Of a DNA stretch of 64,000 nucleotides, positions 1 to 12,950 are shown one piece after another. Under the pieces are notes generated by a model. The model was not told the origin of the DNA. It was given only the letters and a program-made list of their open reading frames with translations, and made no database searches. The stretch comes from Raillietiella orientalis. Its lineage: Eukaryota. Position 1 is the stretch's first letter, and each line of letters starts with the position of its first letter. The stretch covers positions 124,001-188,000 of the forward strand of contig JAYWIR010000051.1 of assembly GCA_036172245.1 (NCBI GenBank), written 5' to 3'. The position numbers and the translations under genes were made by a program.

Positions 1-280
1 GCCGCCGCTGCTCTACCCTGCCCTTGACGGGTTAGACCATTCCCTCGGAGCGTACCCTCCCGGGCTGATCCTGGGGGTTCTGGCCGCCACGGAGGAGGGA
101 GGCAAGAGAGGGAGGGGTCAGGAATCGGGCTGCGTCTTGGGGCAGGGGAGGGAGCCGCGAGCATCCACCTTCGGCATGCCCTTTGACCCACAGGACCGCA
201 AGCTGGAAGGCAAGTGGTCCCCTGGTCAAAACTGGCAGGAACGGGATCACGTGTCCCTCCTCCTCCTCCCCCCTCGTCCC
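1..280 (+). mobile_element. Possible highly diverged 3' fragment of the L1/Tx1-like family (in an rk intron)
   Basis: GCATCCACCTTCGGCATGCCCTT and GCAGGAACGGGATCACGTGTCCCT loosely parallel CATCCATTTCGCTGTCCCCTT and GCAGGATGTGATCCCTTCCC of the 63.5-63.75 kb copy. By-eye alignment only. Confidence 0.3.
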
Positions 281-654
281 GAGGGTTCCTTGCCGGAGAG
301 AGTGGCTGCCTGCTGCGGGCCTCAGCTGCACGTCCTCTGGACCCCACTCAGACGCGACCTGGTTCAGTCTGCGGGTCCTCCCCTTTCGCAGGGCTTGTGA
401 GGGCTTTGGGGCCCTTGAGGTTCGGACTGTAAACACCCGTGGCTGCTGCCCGACCTCCGCCAGCAGGGGTCCATGGGAAGAAGAAAAGTGCATCCCTGAT
501 CCCTCGTTCAGTGCCTCCCTAGGGAGGAGGTGAAGGCGTGGAACTCTTGCCAACTCGATCGGGATGAGGGGCATGGGCAGAAGAGCGGTTCGGGACGGGG
601 CACCCTGGAGTCTTGTCGCTTCCGCGAGACGCAACCTCTGCTGCTGCCTTCTAG

Positions 655-3600
655 GATCCTGTCCGACGTGGGTGACCTCCGCCTTTTCCCGAACCTCACG
701 GGGAGCTCATCCTTGGAGATCATTCGGCTGGACCGGAGCAAGTTGAAGTCCGTCCCCAGCAGCCTCTGCGAGATGGCACCGCTTCTGAAGAGCCTGTAAG
801 TGGCGCCGGGGACGCGCGGCCTTCCCGTCGCAGGGAAACGACGTGGAAAAAGAGAGCGTTGCCCGGCTACCGGCAGGATGGTGTGGGCGCGGGGGCGGCC
901 ATCTGCTTGTGAGGGCTTCGGCAGGGACGTGCGGAGCACGCGGGCAGCTGTCACTTGACAAGCCCCTTCGCAACAGCCGCGGACCCATGACTGCTGATCC
1001 CTGACAGCAGACGCTTGACGACGGAATTTTGGCGGGAGAAGAACCGTGGCAGCGGATCTTTGGCAAAGAAATCCTTGACATCGAATCCCTGAGGGCGGAT
1101 CCCGGATCCAAGGAAATGATCTGCTGTATCAGGAGACGCTTTGGGGGAAGCCATTGTTTGGCGACGGACAGAATTCCTCGGAAGCAGCCGAAAACGCGGG
1201 GGGCGCTTGCGGAGGCTGCGCTGGGTCGACCGCTGCTGCCCTCCATTCCGGAGCTCCAGGAGGCTTGGCAGGATATTCGAGGACCAAGGACCCGCCACGG
1301 CTGCTGCAGGCACCACTGAAACGCGGTGCCTCCTCGTACCGCCCCGAGTGTGGGGAGTTGCGATCACCCCACCTCCCGCCGGCGTGAGCGCGACCCTGCA
1401 GAAATCTCCACCTCACCCCCACACACACACACCCTCTCCCCCAGGTCTCCAGGACTTCGCTGCTAGTTCGCTCCCTTCAGCCCTCAAAGCGGGGGAGCCC
1501 CGACACCGGCTGGCTTCCCCTTTTTCCCCGGAGCGAGCTCTGCTCTCCCTCTGAGGGGCGCAGGATCCATCGATTTCTTTCCAATTGATCTGCATCTTTC
1601 CCGCTTCGTCGCTCCCGGAGCACTCCTCCTGGCTCTTTCGGAGGAGGCGCGACGTCTTCCGAAATGGCAGTGCAACGTGGAGGATTGCCTCAGACCAACC
1701 GCTCCGCCTGCACTCTCGGAGGGGACCTTGGCGGCCGGCCGCGGAAGCTCGGTCAAGGAGAGGGAGACGCGGCTCTCCGCCGCCGCGCTCGTTTTTCCCC
1801 TCTTTCCTTCTTGCAAGGAAGGAAAGAGGCCACCGACGCCTCTCGTTGAAGGGAAAGAAGCGGAAAGCCACGTGGAGGAGTGGACATGGTTCCACGCTCG
1901 CGCACCGTGCTAGGGGCGAGCACGGAGTCTAACGGCTGCTCTCCTCGGTGGTCACGGAAGGACTGCATCCCGAATGCTTCCTGAAAGCTTCCTCCCTGGA
2001 GGAGGGGACCGGAAATCTGTCATGATCGCAAAGCTTCCTCCAAGCGCTGTTCGACCGGGAAGAGGGAGAGAGAGGGCAAGGGCCGGGTGCGCTCCGCCCG
2101 CCTTCAGGCTACCTGCAGCTGGGTGTTTTTCAGAGACCTGAGGTCCAACCTGCTGGAGTCCCTGCCCCGCCTGAGTGGCTGCCGGAAGCTGAAGCTCCTG
2201 TGAGTAGCATCCCACACGCCCTTGACCCTCGATCTCTGCCCCGCCACTGCCCCGCGCTCGCCCCGGACGACCTCAGCTCCATTCGTGCTGCCGACGGCGG
2301 AGCCAGGAAAGGCAACCTTACCCTCTGCGCTTCCCGCCCTCCGGATGGAGGTGCTCCCAGCAGGGCGCGCCAGAGGAACCTTTTGTGGGATGAACAAGTC
2401 CATATCCGCTCCTTCCAGCCGGAGAGCACAAGGACGCTGGTTTTCCATGCACAAGAGATTCTCGTCCCCTACGACCAGTGGCTGCTGCTCGCCTTCCACT
2501 CTCCCCCCAGTTCTCTCATGGAAGATTCAGACTCCTTCCACGAGCCCCCAGAGGACATCGCCAGCCCCACGGCCATGTGAAGCGGACGAATCCTCCGCAG
2601 CCTTCCCGGTCGCTAAAGGCAGAGGTAGTCGCTGCCTCAGAGGCGCGCGGGTGCCCTGGGAGACGAGGCTGGGGAGAGTCCTCTCGCGCGAGAGTTCCGT
2701 CGGAGCGCTTCGGGTCACTGCCACCTCGTCCTTGGCTCAACTCCCCTCCCCCCTCCCTTCCTCCTGTTTTCGGAAAGCCGGCGACCGCGGATGGTATGTC
2801 ACCAGCGCCCCTCCTCTCAAGCCCTCAAGAGCCGCTGGTCACCGTCGCCTCTAGCAAAAGAGCTGCTGCATTCCACTGCCGCGATGCAGCGACACCATGG
2901 GGACGCCAGGAAAGAACCCTTGGAGCTGCGGCGACAACGGCGGGAAAGAGGATCCACGCGCCTTCCCGTTGACTCGGAAGGGGCGTGGGAACGAGAGGCT
3001 GAACACCAGCCAGCTCGGGGCGAGCGAGAATCTTGGAACCTGATCTCAAGCCAGCGCACGTCCGAGAGCGGGCCTGAGGGGATGTCCAGCATCCGGGAGA
3101 TGTCGCGGCCGGCGCACAGCCCCGGCTGGGCATCGAAGGGAGCCCCTCCGAGCCTCTCCTCCTCCAACTCGCTCGAGATCCTGGATGCTCCCCCCCAGCC
3201 GGTCTTCATCCCCTGCAGAGCAGCTTCCGTCATCGTCATCCTGGAGGACATTGACGGTTATTCTTTTGCGGATGGCAGCCGCCTCCTCTGTCACCACTGG
3301 TGCTTCCGAGCGCCTCTTCCAGAAGGAGCTCCCTACTCGTCTGCGTCGCCATCTTCCTCCTTCTCCCGCCTCCAGGGCGAAAGCGAGAGCGCTTCCACTC
3401 GAATCGAGAGGGGAGAACAGGAGCAGCTCCGCGTTTCCCAAAGTGGGAACGGTTTCATGGAGACTTTCCCGGCCGGAGACGTACACCGTGCACCTCCTTC
3501 CGAATGCCTCCGGACGCTTTCTCGGCAGGAGGCCCCGTTCAGACGGCTAAGGCCTCTAATTTGTCACTGACCGCGCCCCTCCGAATCCGCCCTCCGGCCC

Positions 3601-6600
3601 TCGAGCGGCGTCCTCCCTCCGACCTCAGGCCGCAGCGTGGTCCTCTCGTCTAGGAGGGAGAGCAAGGGAGAAAGGGAAGACTCCGCCTCCCGCTCCGTTT
3701 CCAGAGAACGAGTAGGGGAGAGGGAAGGGTCGCCGTTTTCCCCAGCTGAAGGAGCCCCTTCACCCTAGGCGGAGGAAACCCTTTGGGAACTCTGCCGGCC
3801 TCCAGCGAAAAGAACCACTGGGATCCCCTCGGCCTCAAGTCTCCCGCAGCTCCGCTCCCGCACACAGTGACTCTCGACCATCTTGGAATCCCGATGCTGC
3901 GCTTGAGAAAGCGGAGGCTTTCCTAGGTCTTCCAGGGCGGTCCTTCAGAGTCTCCGAGACGTCCCCCAGAGCCTTCGGAACTCTCTCAAGTATCTGGGAG
4001 CCTTCGAACTTGCTCCCTCCCCCCACCCCCAGTTTTTTTTTCTGGGAGGCAGTTGGCTCTGTCCCGAGCTCTCCTCGCTGCTCCCAGCGAATGCTGGGTC
4101 TAGGAAAACGGCCGGAAGGAGTTTCCTGGGTCGGGCGTGCTCTGGGATGTTCGTCTCGTCGCACCCGAGGGGACATCGCTCATTCACTTTGAGGAGCGCA
4201 TGCGGAGAGCCAGCCTCTTCCTAGAGGAAGAACAATCCACGAGGACCTCGCATACAGTGGCAGTCAACCTGGTTAACGACTGCAACTTTCACCCCGCTGC
4301 CTTTTGTGCTCCTATCCAGTCCGCTGCTCTTCGGCTCCATCTCCTTCGATGCTTCCGCGTGCGCATCCGCTTCCGGTTGTCCTGGCATAGAGGCTTCTCT
4401 GCTCAGGCAGCAGCATCACATCCGCCTTGGTATTCATCGATCCCGGCCGTATCATTTCTGCCTGTTCTTTCCGCGCACTGAGCTTCGAAGAGGCGTCCTC
4501 CCAACGCCTCGTGAAAACGGACTAACCTCCTCCTCCCTCCCTCCTCCTCCTCCCTTCTCGTCCCCTTTCCCTCCTTCTCTTCTTCCTTCTCCTTTGTGGA
4601 TGTTCGTAGGTGCGCATGTCCCGAACTGTCCTTCAAGCTGCTCTCCCATTCTCTAATGCAGTTCTCTTTCTTGTACTTCCCAGAGACCTCTCTTACAACA
4701 AGATCTCTTGCTTGGAAGCCGGTCAGTTGGGCGACCTGACCCTCCTCCACGATCTGCTGCTCGAAGGCAACTCCATCCGGACCGTGCCAGCAAACGCCTT
4801 CCAGGGATTGAAATCCCTGCAAATCCTGTAGGTTTGCAGACTCGTCTTCCGTTGTCGGGGAAAAGAAATGCGAGGAGGGCGGGGCGGAGGGGGTTTGGGG
4901 AAGCGACAAGCGCCCTCTCCGCTCCTATCCACCGGGATTGGTTGTGATTGTTCTTGGTGATGGTCCTCGGGCTCGCGTGCATCCTCGAAATCCCCGCACA
5001 GGGTAGATGACCCCCCTCCTCTTCCCTCTCCCCCTCCTCTTTCTTCCTTCTCCTCCCAGTCTCGGGCAGAGGCGCCCAACACTGAGAAAGAGGTGGGCGC
5101 TGGACTTGGACGATCTCGGAGGTGGGTAGGGGCCCGCTCTCCGTTTGCTTTCTCTCTGGAGCATGTGGTGAGCTCTTGGTATCTGCTAAAATGGGCAAAT
5201 GGCGTAGGGAAGAAGGAAGAGAACAAGGGAGAGGGGAACTTCGCCCACTTTTCCCCGCGGCTGCTAACCTCTCTTCTTGCTGTCACCCGAGGGACCTCTC
5301 GGACAACGGGATCGAGTCCATCCACCCGGAAGCTTTCTCGTCTCTGGAAAACCTGGAGAAACTGTGAGTGATTGATAAGCTGCGGACGTTCTCCACTCGA
5401 GGGGATCTCTGCCCTCCCTCTTTTCATCCCCCCTTCCCGTCATCCCCCAGCAACCTGGCCAAGAACGGGTTCCCCGTGATGCCCGTGAAGGGCCTCGGCG
5501 GGCTGCTACACCTGAAGTGCTACAGCAATCCCAACCTGCGGCAGTTCCCGCCCATCGCCTCCTTCCCGCGCCTGCGCAGCGTGGTTCTCTCGTACGCGTA
5601 CCACTGCTGCCCGTTCCGGGGATGGAAGCCTTCTGTGCCCACAGAAGGGAACTTCGCCACCCTCCTCCAAGAGACCGTCCTGTACCCTCGCCACGAGGAC
5701 GTCAACCTCAGCTGGTGGGCCTCGGAGGGTTTCGACGCCTGGGATGACCTAAGTAAGGGCGCCCCGGGGACAAGCGAAATGCGCGCTCGGGGCTCTCCGC
5801 CCCATCCTTCGCGCACGCTAGAAGGGCCTCTCCTTTCCGCTACCTTCTCCCACTTGACCTCTCCCCCCCTTCTCGTCCTTCCGTAGGCAACTTTAGCGCC
5901 CACTTCGACGTCTTCCTCCCTCATCCGTTCGAGGACTTTGGGGAAGCAGACGAGATCACCCACCACGGGTTCCTCAACAATCTCTCGCGGTCGGAGGACG
6001 TCATCCAGTGCATGCCGATGCCCGGGCCGTTCATGCCCTGCGAGGACCTCTTCGATTGGTGGTCCCTGAGGTGTGGGGTGTGGATGGTCTTCCTCCTGTC
6101 CCTCCTCGGCAACAGCTGCGTCGTGTTCGTCATGCTCTTCACGTACAGCAAGATGGACGTGCCCAGGTTTCTGGTCTGCAACTTGGCCCTGGCCGACCTC
6201 TTCATGGGGATTTACCTCGGTGAGTGGCGGTAGCCCCTTACACGGGTTCCTCCCGTATCCCTTTCCTCCTCTCCGGGCTTCGATTGTCCGGGAACCGCAG
6301 GGCGACCGGCGCTGCAGGACGAGCTCGGGAGAGGCGGACGGGAGGCATCCAGCCCTGCGTCTCCCGTCCGCTCCTCGGAACCTACTCCTCCTGGCCCCCT
6401 TCCATTCTCCTGGGGAGAGGCGACTCGAGGAAGAGCGATCCTCCTCCCCGCCCGCGGGGGATCCTACAGCGAAGGGAAGAGCCGACTCCCCTGGGTGCCT
6501 CTTTCGGGACGGCCCGCCGCTGACGGCAAGGCTCTCGCCCTCACCTCGCTTGGAACACAGGAGAGTGCGTGACACGCCCCCTCGATCGCTGCAGCGCGCA

Positions 6601-8583
6601 GCCGCTGCCGGAGAACCCGCCGTCCGACAAGAACCTCACGGGTACTTAACTACTTCTCCGCGGGAAGCGGAGGGGAGTCGGAGAATACGCACGCGATGAA
6701 GGGGATCAAGGAGGGAGAGAACTCCAGGTGCCGCTTCATTGAAAAACCCTGCATGGGCAGCATCCCTGTGCTCCCGTCGACCGTGCGCCGCATCAGCCCC
6801 TCAGGGGCCGGGCTGCCGCCTGCCTATCCTCTCTCTCGCTCTCTGACTTTCCACCCCGTCTGGCGAGGAAGACGGGAAACCAAAGCGATGTCACGCATCC
6901 CCAAAAATCGTTCCGGCGGGGATTTCTTCCCTCTTCCTCCTCTTCCTCCCCTCCGCGACGTGACGACGAACTCTTTATCGTTTCGTAGGTTTCCTCGCCG
7001 TGGTGGACGTGTCGACCCTCGGCCACTTTCAGATCCATGCCATCCGCTGGCAGATGTCGGTCGCATGCCAGCTGGCGGGCTTCTTCGGCGTCTTCAGCTG
7101 CGAGCTATCGGTCTTCACGCTGGCCGTCATTACTTTGGAGCGCAACTACGCCATCACCAACGCCATGAACCTGAACAAGCGGCTGTCGCTGCGTCACGCG
7201 GCCTACGTCATGTCCGCGGGCTGGAGCTTCTCGTTCGTGGTGGCTCTGCTCCCGCTGTTCGGGGTCTCCGACTACAGGAAGTACGCCGTGTGCCTGCCCT
7301 TCGAGACCAGTGGCACCGCCAGCCTGCTGTACGTCCTGGCGCTGATGACACTCAACGGCGTCTCCTTCCTCACGCTGATCGGCTGCTACCTGCGCATGTA
7401 CCTGTCCATCAAAGGCTCCCAGGCGTGGAACTCCAACGACTCGCGCATCGCCAAGAGGATGGCGCTGCTTGTGGTCACGGACTTCGTCTGCTGGTTCCCC
7501 GTGGCCTTCTTTACCGTGACCGCCGTCTTCGGCGTGGAGCTGGTGAGCTTGGAGGAGGCCAAAGTGTTCACGGTGTTCGTGTTGCCACTCAACTCTTGCT
7601 GCAACCCGTTCCTCTACGCAATCCTTACCAAGCAGTTCAAAAAAGACTGCGTCCACATCTGCAAGGTCGTCGAGGAGTCGCGAGTGACCAGGGGCATAGG
7701 CAGATGCAAGAACGACTCCAACTTCAGCAACCGGGGCACGGGCTCCAACAGCGTTCTGCGCTCCAGCAGCAGGGAACAGCAGCACCACCACCACCACCAC
7801 CATCAGGACCAACGGAGGCGGCAACCCTGCTCCTGCAGGAAAGAGCGGGACTTCCGGTGGTGGAGCTGGAGTTCGCTCAGGAACGCCATTTTCCGAACGG
7901 ACCGCTCTCTCCTGCGCTGGACTGCGGGCACGAAGGGGTCCCGGCGGGATGCAATCCGTAGCGACCAGGAGAAGAAGCAGCGGACGTCGCTGTCCAGCGA
8001 CCACTTCAGCTCCACACCCTCGGATTCGGCCCGCAGCCACCGCCAGGCGTCACGCTCCTTCTTCGGCCACAGCCACTACCGCCGCAGCAGGACGGACTCC
8101 CAGGACTCTACCTCCCGAGTGGAGTCCGGGACCACCACCAGCAGCAGCCTCTGGAGGACGTCGCGGTCCAGCGTGTCAAGCGAGTCCGAGAGGAGGGGAT
8201 CCGAAGAGCGACCCCTTCCGCCCCCGGTGGCGTCAGCGGCCCCCTCCTTTGCCTTCGCCATAGCGGTGGCCTCCGCCAAACACCACTCCTCCTGGAAGGC
8301 CAGGCTTCCGAGGCAAGAGTCGTCCCTCCATAAGCCGGGAGAAACCCCAGACTCCCTGTCCTACAGGTACTGTGGGACAGGAGAGATGCTGGAGTGTAAG
8401 CCCCTGAGGAGGCTGAGCATTATATCGGACCACAGCAGCCACGACGAGATCTCCGCGGCGCCCCACGGCCCCGCAGAGACCGCTGCTCCTCGCGCCCCGG
8501 AGGACAAGGCCGGGGACGAACGCACGGCGCTCCTGAGGCCTTCCAGGAGCCACTGCGAAGGCACCCTCGGAGCGCGCACCTGA
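655..8583 (+). CDS. rk: Leucine-rich-repeat GPCR, rickets/LGR2 (bursicon receptor) type; 5'-partial. Exons 655-795, 2134-2199, 4684-4827, 5292-5363, 5451-5752, 5887-6219, 6989-8583
   Basis: Phase-consistent GT-AG exons encode LRRs (LEIIRLDRSKLKSVP; DLRSNLLESLPRLSGCRKLKLL; DLSYNKISCL; DLSDNGIESI), the hinge YAYHCC...CMPMPGPFMPCEDLFDWW, and a 7TM domain with ITLERNYAITNAMNLNKRLSLRHA and NSCCNPFLY. The ERNYAIT motif matches arthropod rickets. N-terminal exons presumably lie upstream of the window. Confidence 0.93.
2850..3500 (-). mobile_element. Decayed non-LTR reverse transcriptase fragment in an rk intron
   Basis: Minus-strand peptide RISSELEEERL...AQPGLCAGRDISRMLDI resembles RT domains 2/2a (KI...LA.RL...Q.GF..GRSI.D). 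Confidence 0.35.
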
Positions 8584-9349
8584 GCGCACGCGAGGGCCGC
8601 CGCCTCCCCCCGCCCGCCCCTGTGAATCCTCTCCCCGCCGCGAGCAGACGCATCCACCGCTCCTTTCCGGGCGCCGGCGCCAGCGCCGGCCAGGATGAGC
8701 ACAGCAATAAGCACAAACCCGTCCCTCCACTCCCACCCCCCTCTCCTACCCGGGAAAGCCGTCCGGAGGCGGAGGCCCCACCGCCGAAATCCTGCCAAGC
8801 TGCCCCCCCACGGCCTCAGAAATATATATTTGCACGTTGTTTACAACCCGCTCGCTTTCCCTATTCCCCGCCGCTTGGGTCGTGGGAGAGGGACTCCGAG
8901 AAGGACTCCCGCGTGCACCACCGCCACCGCTGGGAGCATGGGGTCACCTCCCCTCCCAGAAGAGACGGTGCCTAGTCCAGGCCATTCCTTCCTTTCTCTC
9001 CCTTTCCTTTTCTCCCCCCCCCCTTCCCTCTAGATCGATCCGAACGTAGCGGGAAGGAATGCCGAGTGAGTAGACCGGATGCTCCTTCCGTCGGAGGGGA
9101 GGAGAGGAGCGAGCCAACTCCCTTGCCAGCGTCCAGAGCTCCAGGAAGGAGGATGCGTGAAAAGGCCCAGGGAGTCTTCACGTTGGGGAAGGGCACGGGG
9201 ATTCGCCTGTAACGACCGGGCACCACCGCCACTTCCTTGCCGGCGAGGGACAGCGAGAGGGAGTAGGTGATCACAGGGCGACCCCTTCCCTTGCCGGGAA
9301 CAGCCTGACGTCTCACGGGAAGATGCGTCTCCCTTGCTGGGATCGACCC

Positions 9350-10950
9350 ACCCACTCGAGGTTCCGTAGAGGATGACCGAGCAGGGAAGGCTCTGCGCAT
9401 GGAGTCCGAATGCGGGTGGGAGGTCACGAGGGGGAGCGCCGCGGTCAACCCGGAGAGGCTCGGCTAAGCGGACGTCTCCCTTTCCAAGTAGACTGGACGC
9501 TTTCGAGGGATAGTGCTTGACCCTCCCGTCCAGAGGGAGGAACAGACTGTGGATGAGGGGATGGGTCTGTTTCCAGGACAAGGGTTACGCGACAGTGTCC
9601 TGCTCCCCTTCCCCCTATCCAAAGGTGAGGTGGCCATCGATTCTCGGATGACCTCGGGAACGCCCCAAGGCCAGCTGGAAAGGCGTGTTGGAGGTCCAGT
9701 GCTCCCGCTGCTCCAGGCGAGGATGTGGGCTCGCGCCGCGAGAGCTCACTGGTTCGCACGGGGACGGACGGGCTGGCCGCTCAGTCCTCTCTCTCCGACC
9801 TGCGCCTGGCGGCCGCCTCCAGACTGTTCCACGGCCATCCAGAGGAACGAAGAGGCCGTCCGAGGGCGGACGCAGAAAGAGAGCGGCCGGGAGCGCAGGA
9901 ACGGGTTCCGGAGAAGAGAAAGAGGGGGCGGGAAAACAAGGGGGACGCAACCAGGTCGAGACAGAGCTGTTCCTTAGAGGGGCAGCTTCTCCCGTCCCCG
10001 GCACACTCGGGGCAAGACTTTCCCGACCGCTGCTCCGCTCCAGTTCTCTCCGTGGACGCGACCTCCCTGAGACCGCGTCCACGGTGCTTTCCAACAGGTC
10101 CGCTTCACCGGGAAGGTCCCCACCTCTTCATTCCCTTTCCTGCCTTCCACTTCCTGGAAGCTCAGTATCCCGTGTCTAGGAGGTCCGGACACATTCATTG
10201 CCGCCGCGCCTTTGAGTGCCGCCTGGCGGCCGTTCTCGGAAGCCGCATCGCTCCCACCGATGAGGAAGCGGCGCTTCCGAAAGAGTCGGTTCCCACTAAT
10301 GTAGGCGGCGATTCCGGTGGGAAGCTACTCCCTCGGGATCACGGTGACGGAACTGCTCCTTGGTGCGAAAAGGAAGCTCACTCTCTCGGAATCGCGCACT
10401 CCGGGTCCAAGGCGCCGCCTTCCTGGCTGCGGAGGGCGGCCCCGCGCACGGACAATCCGCTCTCTTCTGGGAAGAAGGAGGTTCCTCAGGTCGCGACGGG
10501 AGGATCAGAGAACGGGGAATGACGCCTCCCGGTCGGAACGCCGACGTCATTGGCGCCAGGCGGGTCCGAGACAAAGGAGACGTGTCCCTCCGCCTCTGCA
10601 CCTTCTTCGCCCGAAGCGCGCCCGCTGACGTTTCCTGGGCGACCACCTCTCTCGCTCCGCCTGCGGATCCAGGCAGAAGTAGGGGCGACGGATCGATTTG
10701 TCTGGAAAGCTCTGCCGCTTACCGAGGTCAAGTGAAATTCTCGCAGGAGCTCAAGAACCTCCCGAGAAGGGCACCGAAGGCCCGGTGCCGCTTTCGAGGG
10801 CTGCCCGATCTGTCCTCAGCTTTGAAGAAGAGGATAGTCCGTGGTTGACGCTCCAAGGAGGTCCCCAGCCCGAAGAGAAGAGCGGCGGAGGCGAGCCGTT
10901 CTGCTCTCTCCCTTCGAGACCCCATGACCATCGGCCTCTTCCCTTTCCTC
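9350..10950 (+). mobile_element. Decayed 5' part of an L1/Tx1-like LINE (ORF1 zinc knuckle plus APE endonuclease)
   Basis: Collinear remnants across frames: WPSILG*...KASWKG..QCSRC (ORF1 knuckle, ~9630-9720); NVGGDSGGKLLPRD (GDFN motif, ~10300); LTF...ATDRFV (~10625-10700); HDHRPL (SDH motif, ~10923). Confidence 0.5.
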
Positions 10951-12913
10951 AACCCACGCCATCCGGAGGCACCCCCTCCGCTGCTCCGGAGCGGACGGAC
11001 TCAGGTCGAGAAGAGAGGCCGGCTAGGAGGAAGCGCCCTATATGAGGAGCGTGGACAAGGCGGGACCTCGGCTGCTGCTGCTGCTGCGCGAACACGCGGT
11101 TCCTCCCCGCAGAGCTGCTCCGAGACCGCCGGCACTGCTCTCTCCCTCCCCCCCCCCTCTCTCGGGTGCTTTCGGAGAGCAGAATCGGCCTGCGAGACGC
11201 ATGCGGAAGCAGCTGACCTTCTTCGGGGTAGCTAGGCTGCCTTGCCCCGCCGGTCCCGCCGTTGCATCCGTGATCTCCGGATCCGGCAGTGGAATGACTG
11301 GGGGTGCAGCGGGAAGGGGAGTGGGGTGGGGTGGGTGGGAGGTAAGCGGAGCAGCTCTCTCCACCCGCAGCTTTGCCAGACCGTCAGATCGCAGCACCAG
11401 CACCAGCATGCGCAGCAAAAAGAGGATGCTGGAAGAATGGACCACACCTGCGACACACTCCAGTCCCGGACGGAAGACGGTGCGCGTAGGATCGCTCCAT
11501 CCAACCAGCGAGGAGCGGTAGTGTCCATGGGGGAGAGGAGGGAAGCAGTTCCTGCTGCGCTTCGGGGGCGTAGGCGAGGATCCCCTCAAGCGGCGGTCGG
11601 TGACCTGGAGGGAGACTGGCTCTTTCCGCCTCGCCTGCCTGGTACCTCCAAGTACGCGGCCAAGAAGAATGAGGAGACGCGGATGGACGGCGCGGCGATG
11701 ATCGGTCGCTCCTCTCCTCGAGGAGCACTCAGGACCTCTCTCACTCCGACCGGCACCCTCGACGTCACCTGGACATCACCCTGAAGGAGGAGATGGGACC
11801 CCCATGTGGTACGGCCACCTTCCTTAGGTGCAGGCTTCAGACCCTACGGAAGGTGATTTTCCCGGACGCGGGATTCTCCCTGGCCGTTCCCTGCGCCTCC
11901 CGGTCGGAAAAGGCGAACACCTCGGTTTCTCTCGAGGAACGCCGCGGCTCTGCCGCCGCTTCTTCCGCGGCCCAGCGTTCGTTCAGCACCCCGGGGAGGC
12001 CGCGTCCTGACTCCACGCGCGGGGAAAAAATAAAATAAAATAAAAGAAACGCCCACAGCGACCTTGTGCGGCTCGTGACGCGTCGCCCCCTCTTCCAACC
12101 CTCCCTCTCCCCCCCGCGTGCGCGACACCAGGGCGAGGAGAACTCGGCGGGGAAGCGCCTTCGGCGGAGACCGAGGCGATGCGCGAAGGTCCAGCTGGCT
12201 TCCTTCCCTCCTCCTTCCCCGTTCCACTCCCATCTTCATGTGCTGCTCCTGGAAAAAGCAGCCTTTTTTTTTTTCTTTTTGATGGATTTGTTTGAAGCAG
12301 GAAAGCAGACGATTTGGCCAGCGTTTTCCGGGACCCCTTCCGGAAGCCGCCCCGACAGCATGGCGTGACAGGAGCAGCCCCGAGATTAATGATAGCATCG
12401 CGTTCATACGATGCTGGATGGGAGCCCCCCTACGGATGCAAAAATACCTGCGCGTATACATCTCTCAGGCGACGCGCGTTTAAAAGGAAACCCTCGCGCG
12501 CACGCGCACACATCGGAGTAGCAGGCATCAACCCCGTCGGTCAGCCGTTTTGCTTCTTCATTCGATCAGGAGGTTTCTTTTTTTCCCCTCTCTCTCTTCC
12601 TCTTTCTTCTTGTCTGTTTCCTTTTTCCGTCTGTGGGCGACTGGGCGAGCCGAGCGCGCCAGCACCTGCACGCTCTCGGACTGCGACGCCCGAATCAAAG
12701 GACACTCGCCAAACACGCATGGATAAATCCCTAGGAATGCTCAGGGATTCCTTCAAGTCTGCGTCCAGCACGTGTCTCAGCACGCGTCGCAGATGTGAAC
12801 TTGCAATTCTCGGAAGATTGCAGAGGAGACAGAGAGAGGAGAAGGGCGTTTCGGGGGAAGGGGTGGAAACCCCATGCTGTTTGTCGGTTGAAATGAAAAG
12901 GGGAGTGCGCGCG

Positions 12914-12917
<4 letters not shown>

Positions 12918-12946
<29 letters not shown>
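12918..12946. repeat. (GT)n microsatellite
   Basis: Perfect GT run seen directly. Confidence 0.95.

Positions 12947-12950
<4 letters not shown>

Noticed and set aside
7105..8040. Long antisense and alternate-frame ORFs over the rk last exon
   Set aside because: Shadow ORFs caused by high GC3 codon usage.
11038..11784. Possible small gene with splice-like signals downstream of rk
   Set aside because: No consistent exon chain or recognisable protein on either strand.
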